In this document: one piece after another, positions 25,352 to 32,000 of the stretch
Numbering within the stretch: position 1 is the first letter of the stretch
Layout: each line of letters opens with the position of its first letter
NCBI RefSeq assembly: GCF_021378375.1
Contig: NZ_CP076228.1
Coordinates: 270,001-302,000 of the forward strand
Direction of reading: 5' to 3'
Origin: Wolbachia endosymbiont of Drosophila innubila
GTDB lineage: Bacteria; Pseudomonadota; Alphaproteobacteria; Rickettsiales; Anaplasmataceae
DNA: 32,000 bases
The notes under the pieces: generated by a model
What the model saw: the letters and a program-made list of their open reading frames with translations, nothing else
Databases searched by the model: none
What the model was told of the DNA's origin: nothing
Made by a program: the position numbers and the translations under genes

Positions 25352-26773
25352 TTAAATTGCTTGTAACCTTCTTATACACTCATCTTTACCAAGAATCACC
25401 ATGATATCAATGATTCCAGGTGCATCCATTACTCCAGTTATAGGGGCGCGTAATGAGTGGTATACATCGCTTATTTTCATATCGTGCAATTTTGCACATT
25501 CCTTGATCTGAGAAGATAAAAAACCCTTATTCCAATTTTCATCACCGATCTTTGACAGAAATGACGCAAGTAACTTGATTATATCGAGGTTAGATTTGAC
25601 AATTTGCTCAGCCTCTTCACTTAAATCAAGTGGCGGATCTTGAATATAAAATTTTGCTAAATCCAATAATTCGGTCAGGTAGTTTGCTCTTTTTTTTAGC
25701 TCTGTCAGTCCCTGCAGTAAATAGCCCTTTTTTTTATCAGTTAGAGTATTTTCTCTAAGCATTAGAGTCAGAATATCTTCATTGCTCATATTACTAATAT
25801 AGTGGTTATTCAAATGCTCCAGTTTTTTGAAATCGAGCCGTGCAGATGAACGACCAATACTTTCTAAATTAAACCACTCTATTGCTTGCTCATCGCTAAT
25901 AATCTCATCGTTGCCGTGACTCCAGCTAAGTCTCAGCAAGTAATTACGCATCGCTTTTGGCAATATTCCCATCTTTTCATAATCGCAAACGCTTGTGGCA
26001 CCATGCCTTTTGGATAGCTTATTCCCATCTTCCCCATGGATAAGCGGCACATGTGCAAAGCGTGGAATGTCAAAATCAAGAGCCTGGTATATTAGCAGAT
26101 GTTTAAAGGTATTAGTGAGATGGTCAGAACCACGTATTATATCAGTTATTCCAGCATCATGATCGTCAACTACCACAGCAAAAATATATGTTGGAGTGTT
26201 ATCAGAGCGTAAGATCACTATATCATCAAGCTGGTCGCTATTTACTTTGATTTGGCCGTATATTTTGTCATCAATGACGATCTCTTGCGAATCTGGCACT
26301 TTAAAGCGGACAACTGACCTCACACCCGATGTCATTCCAGCGCGTGACCACATATTTTTCCAGTGTCGGCTACTTGGATGACAAGAAGGAGGTTTTGTAG
26401 TACATTTATGCTTGTATATCTTGCCCTCTTCTCTTGCTTTTGCCTTCTTTTCTGCAACTTCATCTTCAGGGCAGTAACAGTGATACGCCCTACCCTTTTC
26501 AACTAAAAGGTTTGCTACTTCTTTATGCCGCTCTATTCTTTTTGACTGATATACTATTTCCCCATCATAGCTCATACCGAGCCATCTTAGCCCTTCTATA
26601 ATTGCATCAATTGCTTCTTGTGTTGAACGTTTTCTGTCGGTGTCCTCAATTCTTAGCAAAAACCTGCCACCATGATGCTTTGCATAGAGCCAATTAAATA
26701 ACGCAGTACGAGCTCCTCCAATGTGCAAAAATCCTGTTGGTGATGGAGCAAATCTCGTGACTATACCTGGCAT
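25352..26773 (-). CDS. gltX: Glutamate--tRNA ligase carrying an in-frame palindromic-repeat insertion
   Basis: Class I aaRS motifs are present: HIGH-type PTGFLHIGGART and KMSKS-type KLSKRHG. The extra segment ..CHPSSRHWKNMWSRAGMTSGVRS.. is encoded by repeat DNA. Confidence 0.9.
   Translation of the reverse strand: MPGIVTRFAPSPTGFLHIGGARTALFNWLYAKHHGGRFLLRIEDTDRKRSTQEAIDAIIEGLRWLGMSYDGEIVYQSKRIERHKEVANLLVEKGRAYHCYCPEDEVAEKKAKAREEGKIYKHKCTTKPPSCHPSSRHWKNMWSRAGMTSGVRSVVRFKVPDSQEIVIDDKIYGQIKVNSDQLDDIVILRSDNTPTYIFAVVVDDHDAGITDIIRGSDHLTNTFKHLLIYQALDFDIPRFAHVPLIHGEDGNKLSKRHGATSVCDYEKMGILPKAMRNYLLRLSWSHGNDEIISDEQAIEWFNLESIGRSSARLDFKKLEHLNNHYISNMSNEDILTLMLRENTLTDKKKGYLLQGLTELKKRANYLTELLDLAKFYIQDPPLDLSEEAEQIVKSNLDIIKLLASFLSKIGDENWNKGFLSSQIKECAKLHDMKISDVYHSLRAPITGVMDAPGIIDIMVILGKDECIRRLQAI
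26328..26384 (+). repeat. Family-1 palindromic element within the gltX coding sequence
   Basis: Plus strand reads GATGTCATTCCAGCGCGTGACCACATATTTTTCCAGTGTCGGCTACTTGGATGAC. Relative to the coding strand it is in the opposite orientation to the copies in gap and pccA. Confidence 0.85.
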
Positions 26774-26922
26774 ATTTGTCTGTTACAGTAATGTAAATGA
26801 TGATAGCTAAAATTTATGTTTGTAACAATTTAGAATTTATTTGTTCTGAGAGATAAAATTTACTTATTTTTCATAAATTGTGTTGTATAATTTAGTATTG
26901 GTTGAATATAGCGAGGTGAGTT

Positions 26923-27633
26923 ATGGATGGACTTGTAGATATAGCAAAATTGCTTTCAGATAATGAAGCTAATATCAATTGGCGTTACACCGGCCCTTTT
27001 GATAAAACAAAACAAAGAGTACAGGCAGGTAATCTCCTGCATTTAGCTGCAAGAATACAAAACAAAGGTAAATTTGTAGACATTTGTAAGAAGAACATTG
27101 CTTCTGTAACTGCGCATAATGAATATGGAAATAATCCATTTCATGAAGCAGCAAGAAGTGGAATTTTGCTGCCTGCAGTACAAGAGATTGTGAATGACTT
27201 AGAGAAGGAAGCTAATAACAAAATTACGAAAGCAGAAGAAGCTGGAGATCGGAAAGAAGTAAGCAGATTGAAAGAGGAACTCAAATGTAATAAAAAATAT
27301 ATTAAAGATGCGCTCTGCAGTAAAGGCTATGCTTTTAATAAGAAGAGGGAAACTCCTCTTTATTACTTAAATGCTGCACAACAGAAAGAAATTAAGCAAA
27401 TCGCAGGCATAAAAGACAGCTTTATATGTAACCAGAAGTTTCACCTGTGCTTATATATAATAGGAGCGATAGCATGTATCGCTGCTTTATGTTTGTCTTT
27501 ATACTTTTTATTTTTAGTTTCTCAATCTTTTGCACTAAGCTCGATGGTTGCAATAGCTTCTGGCGGAGTCACATACCTGTCAGTTAAAGCATGTAGCGAG
27601 ATACATGCCTTGCATAACGAAAGCACTTTTTAG
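26923..27633 (+). CDS. Small ankyrin-repeat protein with a C-terminal hydrophobic hairpin
   Basis: ANK-like strings: GNLLHLAARIQNKGKFVDICKK and GNNPFHEAARSG. Two C-terminal hydrophobic stretches: LCLYIIGAIACIAALCLSLYFLFLV and FALSSMVAIASGGVTYLSV. It appears to begin mid-repeat (MDGLVDIAKLLSDNEANIN). Confidence 0.7.
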   Translation: MDGLVDIAKLLSDNEANINWRYTGPFDKTKQRVQAGNLLHLAARIQNKGKFVDICKKNIASVTAHNEYGNNPFHEAARSGILLPAVQEIVNDLEKEANNKITKAEEAGDRKEVSRLKEELKCNKKYIKDALCSKGYAFNKKRETPLYYLNAAQQKEIKQIAGIKDSFICNQKFHLCLYIIGAIACIAALCLSLYFLFLVSQSFALSSMVAIASGGVTYLSVKACSEIHALHNESTF

Positions 27634-27752
27634 TGGAAAATGCTAATGTACAACTTGCAGGAGAAAGTTTAGGTGTTTGATGAAGCTAGAAATTACTTGC
27701 AGGCAATGATATAGAAATTTACTTTCTTAACTTCAGAAAGTATACTCATACG

Positions 27753-29828
27753 ATGATAGAAAAGAAGTACAGTAAGATTTTAATAGCAAACAGAGGAGAG
27801 ATTGCCTGCAGGATTATCAGAACTGCCCATAAGATGGGTATATCTTGTGTGTGCATATACTCGGATGCAGATGTAAATTCTGTGCATGTAAGACAAGCAG
27901 ATGAGTCAAGATATATCGGCCCTTCGCCATCTTGCCTCAGTTATTTAAACATTGAAAAAATATGTGAAGTAGCAGTTGAAACAGGTGCTGAGGCAGTTCA
28001 TCCTGGCTATGGTTTTTTAGCAGAGAATCCAGATTTTCCACGTGCTCTTCAAAAACATAATATAGACTTCATCGGTCCCAGTGCAGAAACAATAGAAGTT
28101 ACAGCCAACAAAATAACAGCAAAAGAAGCTGCAAGAAAAGCTGGAGTGAATGTAGTGCCAGGATATATGGGTAAGATCAGCGATGCTGCCCACGCAGCTC
28201 AAGTTGCTAAAGAGGTCGGTTTTCCCGTTATGCTCAAAGCTGCATCAGGCGGTGGTGGCAAAGGAATGCGAATTGTAAACTCCAAAAAAGAAATTGAACT
28301 AGCATTTACATCAGCCACAAATGAAGCAGAGAAAAGTTTTAAGGATGGCAGTATCTTTATAGAGAAATATATAGAGTTGCCAAGACATATTGAAATACAA
28401 ATCATAGCAGATAAATATGGCAATATAGTTTGTCTTGGAGAAAGAGAATGCTCGATACAAAGGAATAATCAGAAAATAATAGAAGAAACGCCAAGTCCAT
28501 TCATTAGTGAAGAAGTAAGACAAAAAATGTATGTTCAATGTGTTTCTCTGGCAAAGCAAGTTGGCTATTTTTCAGCAGGCACTGTTGAGTTTGTTGTAGA
28601 TAAAGACCAAAACTTCTATTTTCTTGAGGTAAATACGAGATTGCAAGTTGAGCATCCAGTAACAGAATTTATAACTGGAATAGACATAGTAGAAGAAATG
28701 ATTAGAACTTCCTGTGGAGAGAAATTGAGATTCAATCAGGATGATATTAAACTTACTGGTTCTGCAATAGAAAGTAGAATTTGCGCTGAAGACCCATCGA
28801 AGAAATTTTTCCCTTCCAGCGGAAGAATAAAATATTACGATAAACCGGGTGAAAATGATTATGTAAGAATAGATGATGGAGTTGCTGCAGGTTCAGAAAT
28901 TAGCATGTTCTATGATTCGATGATTGCCAAAGTGATAACATATGGAAAAGATAGAGTAGAAGCGATCAGCAGAATGCAAAAAGCATTGTCTGAATGCTAT
29001 ATAGAAGGAGTAACAAATAATATAGAATTTCTAGAATCCATCTTCCATCACCCAAATTTTATCGCAGCAAAGCTCCATACGAGATTCATTCCAGATCATT
29101 ACCCTAGTGGGTTTCACGGCGATTTTGTTACAGAGGAGTATATTAAAATATTTATTTTCACTGCGTTATATGTTCATTTGGAAAATGAAGAAAGGTACCA
29201 TCATAAAGCAGTGAATGAAACATCTCAGGTGTCATTCCAGTGCGTGACACTGGAATCTAGTAAAAAAGAAGGGGCACCAGTATCAGCTACTCGGATGGCA
29301 GGTGACCGTGCAAGAGATTTATTCATAGTGAATATAAATGACAATGAGTACTCCGTAAATGCAAAATACCAAGATAATATATTAATAACGGTATATAATC
29401 ACAATAAATACTCCGTTATAGGCAAGTGGAAATCAAGTTATAGATTGCTATATATCACAATTAATGACGATACCAATATAGCACTTAAAATAGAAAGACA
29501 AGGCAGCAAGTACTTCATAAGGCATGCAGGCATGAAAGCTGAGTGTTGTATATTTAAGCCTCATGTAGCTGAATTAAGTAGGTTAATGCTAAATAATGAA
29601 ACAGAAGGGATTTCAGCAGATGCTGTAAAATCCCCAATATCTGGTTTATTAGTTAAATTGCACGTAAATGTAGGAGATCAGGTGGAAATAGGACAACCTT
29701 TATTTGTGGTGGAGGCAATGAAAATGGAAAATATCATATGTGCTGAAGCAGCAATGGTGATAAAAAATATTCCCGTTCAAGAAGGAAAAAATGTGCAGAT
29801 TGGTGATGTAGTCTGCTTTCTTAAATAA
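27753..29828 (+). CDS. pccA: Propionyl/acetyl-CoA carboxylase alpha subunit (biotin carboxylase plus biotinyl domain) with an in-frame repeat insertion
   Basis: Biotin carboxylase N-terminus [16 protein letters not shown]-grasp region with the GGGGKGMR loop, [14 protein letters not shown], and the C-terminal biotinylation motif VEAMKMEN. Confidence 0.88.
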   Translation: MIEKKYSKILIANRGEIACRIIRTAHKMGISCVCIYSDADVNSVHVRQADESRYIGPSPSCLSYLNIEKICEVAVETGAEAVHPGYGFLAENPDFPRALQKHNIDFIGPSAETIEVTANKITAKEAARKAGVNVVPGYMGKISDAAHAAQVAKEVGFPVMLKAASGGGGKGMRIVNSKKEIELAFTSATNEAEKSFKDGSIFIEKYIELPRHIEIQIIADKYGNIVCLGERECSIQRNNQKIIEETPSPFISEEVRQKMYVQCVSLAKQVGYFSAGTVEFVVDKDQNFYFLEVNTRLQVEHPVTEFITGIDIVEEMIRTSCGEKLRFNQDDIKLTGSAIESRICAEDPSKKFFPSSGRIKYYDKPGENDYVRIDDGVAAGSEISMFYDSMIAKVITYGKDRVEAISRMQKALSECYIEGVTNNIEFLESIFHHPNFIAAKLHTRFIPDHYPSGFHGDFVTEEYIKIFIFTALYVHLENEERYHHKAVNETSQVSFQCVTLESSKKEGAPVSATRMAGDRARDLFIVNINDNEYSVNAKYQDNILITVYNHNKYSVIGKWKSSYRLLYITINDDTNIALKIERQGSKYFIRHAGMKAECCIFKPHVAELSRLMLNNETEGISADAVKSPISGLLVKLHVNVGDQVEIGQPLFVVEAMKMENIICAEAAMVIKNIPVQEGKNVQIGDVVCFLK
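29229..29303 (+). repeat. Family-1 palindromic element within the pccA coding sequence
   Basis: GGTGTCATTCCAGTGCGTGACACTGGAATCTAG...CAGCTACTCGGATGGCAGG. It is translated as [25 protein letters not shown], the same peptide type as in gap. Confidence 0.85.
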
Positions 29829-30829
29829 CATAAGAAGTACAAACTTGACCCAAACAAGATAAATGAAAACACTTGATGAGCTATGGCAATGGCTATTGGT
29901 ATGTGCAATAATAGAGTAATTACACCTAAAATGATCTGAATGACGACGGAGAGCAGCATAATATATACCGGTTTTATGCTAGCATTTTTTACTGTGAGTA
30001 TTACTACCAAAGTTAGTATTAGCAATGCCAGTGCTCGATGTATAAATTGCACTGTCGCTCTGTTCTCAAAGATATTCAGCCATGTAGGCTGTAAGAAAAA
30101 TAAATCTTCTGGAACGATTTGTCCGTCCATTAGTGGAAAGGTATTGTAAATTAGACCAGCATTTAATCCTGCAACAAATGCGCCGAAAATTATTTGTATC
30201 ATGATCAGAACTAAAATAATTCCTACGTAGTACTTGGTGTTACAACTAATCTTAAGTTTAGTTTGCTTTGGCCTGATTTGGTAATCAAAAAATTGATATG
30301 AAAATAATGCAAAGATAATTAATGCTAATAATAAGTGAAGTGCGAGCCTATAGTGGCTAACATGAGGCTTGGCTACCAAGCCGCTTTTTACCATATACCA
30401 ACCAGCAAAAGCTTGTAAAGCTCCAAATAATAATGCCACAAATAGCTTTATTACTACCTTTTTAGATATTTTTCTTCTTAATGTAAAATATATAAATGGC
30501 AGGACAAAAACTAAACCTGTTAGTCTTGCAACCAATCTGTGTACATATTCTATTAAGTATATAGCGCGAAACTCCTCCATACTAATACCATAGTTAAGTG
30601 CTTTATATTCAGGTGTAGCTTCGTATTTTAATTTTTCTTGTAGCCAGTCTTGTTCACTCAGTGGTGGTAATGTTCCAGTAATGGGTTTCCACTCCGTGAT
30701 TGACAATCCTGCTTTTGAAAGTCTGGTAAATCCACCAATCCCTACCATGAGAATTACCATGACCGAGCAGAGAAAAAGCCAAATAGCTACAGGTTTTGCT
30801 TCCATAAACCATGCTGAGTTTTGTTCCAT
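29777..30829 (-). CDS. ctaA: Heme A synthase (COX15/CtaA family)
   Basis: 350-aa polytopic membrane ORF. The N-terminal region is typical of COX15 ([33 protein letters not shown]). Conserved His-containing helices are present (EYVHRL, HLLLAL, FIHRALA, IAHQ). The start may be the second ATG at 30805. Confidence 0.85.
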   Translation of the reverse strand: MEQNSAWFMEAKPVAIWLFLCSVMVILMVGIGGFTRLSKAGLSITEWKPITGTLPPLSEQDWLQEKLKYEATPEYKALNYGISMEEFRAIYLIEYVHRLVARLTGLVFVLPFIYFTLRRKISKKVVIKLFVALLFGALQAFAGWYMVKSGLVAKPHVSHYRLALHLLLALIIFALFSYQFFDYQIRPKQTKLKISCNTKYYVGIILVLIMIQIIFGAFVAGLNAGLIYNTFPLMDGQIVPEDLFFLQPTWLNIFENRATVQFIHRALALLILTLVVILTVKNASIKPVYIMLLSVVIQIILGVITLLLHIPIAIAIAHQVFSFILFGSSLYFLCYLRKQTTSPICTFFPS

Positions 30830-31989
30830 CGCTCAGGGTAAAGAATAAATTCCCATAAGGCAAGAAAAGCTGCAACACTATGTAGCAGACTATAGACCGG
30901 AAAAAATATCGATACTATATAAAAATAAAAAGGCATCTTTTGCTGTTTGACAGCTATTACCAAAAGAATCAGGTTAGTAACGTATACCACTACAAAGTAG
31001 TACAAAAATAATTCATTTAAAACTTTAGTTAATATCAATGAAAGCAGTAAAAATGGAGTAGTAAAAAATATAAAAGCTGCAGAGCCAACAAAAAGATTCA
31101 ATAGCAAAATTCCCTTAAATCCAGTGTGTTTATAAAGTGACTTTATATTTTTTAAATGAACAATATAAGTTTGCATATAGCCTTTGATCCAGCGCGCTCT
31201 TTGCTTAATCCAAGCAAATACAGCAATTGGTGACTCTTCCAATGTTTCTGAGTCAATCATCCTGGTTTTATATCCCATTTGCGCAAGTCTCAAACCAAGG
31301 TCAGCATCTTCGGTAACACTATAAGCATCCCAGAAAAACACTTCTTTTAGAATTTTTACTGAAAAATGATTACTGCTACCACCCAAAGGTATCGGCATGT
31401 TCATTTTTTGGAATCCAGGCAATAAGTATTGAAACCAGTTCATATACTCCAGAGAAAAGAATTTTGTGAGAAAATTATAATCACAATTGTAGTAATTTAA
31501 TTTCGCCTGTACACAGGCAAGCTTATCGTCGTCCTTATTAAATTCAATCAGTGCTTTTTTTAACTGCAATGGGTCTGGTTTATCGTCCGCATCATATATT
31601 ACTGCATACTTTCCTCTAGCAAAGCTCATAGCATAATTGCATGACTTGGCTTTTGTTCTAGGCAAAGAATGAGGCACTTTTATTACTTCAAAATACTGCG
31701 GTAAAGTGTACTTTTCTATAGCTGCTAGCGTTTCTTGGTCATCACTTTCTACCTGAAGCTTCACATCTAATTTTGATTTTGGATAATCCAAACTTTCAAT
31801 GCTTTCGATCAATTGCTCTATCACTGCACTTTCTTTAAAAGCAGGCAATAAAATAGTATATATAGGAAAATCTTCTTCATTCAGCTTACTATAATCCACT
31901 TTTTGATTAGAGGTTTCACATAAGCTAAAAACTGTAGCTATAAACTTGAATAAATAACTAGAACATCCGATTATAAATATCAACATCAA
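30787..31989 (-). CDS. Family-2 glycosyltransferase, processive-synthase type; 5' end probably beyond the window
   Basis: Motif series: YDADD (DxD), TEDADLG (TED), and QRARWIKG (QxxRW), plus C-terminal TM helices. The frame stays open from 31989 to the window edge, so the N-terminus is unresolved. Confidence 0.8.
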   Translation of the reverse strand: MMLIFIIGCSSYLFKFIATVFSLCETSNQKVDYSKLNEEDFPIYTILLPAFKESAVIEQLIESIESLDYPKSKLDVKLQVESDDQETLAAIEKYTLPQYFEVIKVPHSLPRTKAKSCNYAMSFARGKYAVIYDADDKPDPLQLKKALIEFNKDDDKLACVQAKLNYYNCDYNFLTKFFSLEYMNWFQYLLPGFQKMNMPIPLGGSSNHFSVKILKEVFFWDAYSVTEDADLGLRLAQMGYKTRMIDSETLEESPIAVFAWIKQRARWIKGYMQTYIVHLKNIKSLYKHTGFKGILLLNLFVGSAAFIFFTTPFLLLSLILTKVLNELFLYYFVVVYVTNLILLVIAVKQQKMPFYFYIVSIFFPVYSLLHSVAAFLALWEFILYPERWNKTQHGLWKQNL

Positions 31990-32000
31990 AGCAAAATATG

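Noticed and set aside
3376-29303. Whether the recurring palindromes form a CRISPR array
   Set aside because: The copies are scattered over 26 kb at irregular distances and in both orientations, with variable flanks, and several lie inside genes. There is no regular repeat-spacer periodicity and no cas gene.
1-32000. tRNA, rRNA, tmRNA, SRP RNA or RNase P RNA genes
   Set aside because: Scanning the intergenic regions by eye, I found no cloverleaf-compatible sequence. The only GGTTCGAA-like string (15002-15009) is inside the OTU gene. I saw no conserved cores of the other RNAs. A tRNAscan/Infernal run would be decisive.

Overview
AT-rich, gene-dense bacterial chromosome segment. The gene set and repeat sequences look like a Wolbachia-type (Anaplasmataceae, Rickettsiales) endosymbiont. 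That is an inference from the genes and my recognition of the repeats, not a database hit.

Housekeeping genes are well supported by motifs: pyrF, an arginine-type ABC importer (SBP, permease, ATPase) divergent from argR, tatC, gap, cca, ychF, gmk, sdhA, gltX, pccA, ctaA, and a GT2 glycosyltransferase that runs off the right edge.

Accessory, eukaryote-like genes are interleaved with them:
- an OTU-type cysteine protease with an NLS-like N-terminus
- three ankyrin-repeat proteins
- a 601-aa pentapeptide-repeat protein
- two long coiled-coil proteins, one split by an in-frame TAG
- two isolated HK97-type phage head genes (major capsid and prohead protease), about 6 kb apart with no other phage genes between them

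The most unusual layer is the repeat content:
1. A palindromic repeat family occurs in intergenic DNA and is also inserted in frame in gap, gltX and pccA.
2. A second multi-hairpin repeat family occurs at two sites.
3. A 326-bp MITE-like element with 18-bp terminal inverted repeats and a 9-bp target duplication is nested inside one palindrome.
4. Two ~462-bp copies, a handful of differences apart, lie in inverted orientation and bracket 14.6 kb. Each carries a conserved promoter-like motif pointing at the next gene.

I saw no tRNA, rRNA, CRISPR array, integrase or transposase gene. All calls come from reading the sequence and ORF track by eye; no searches were run.
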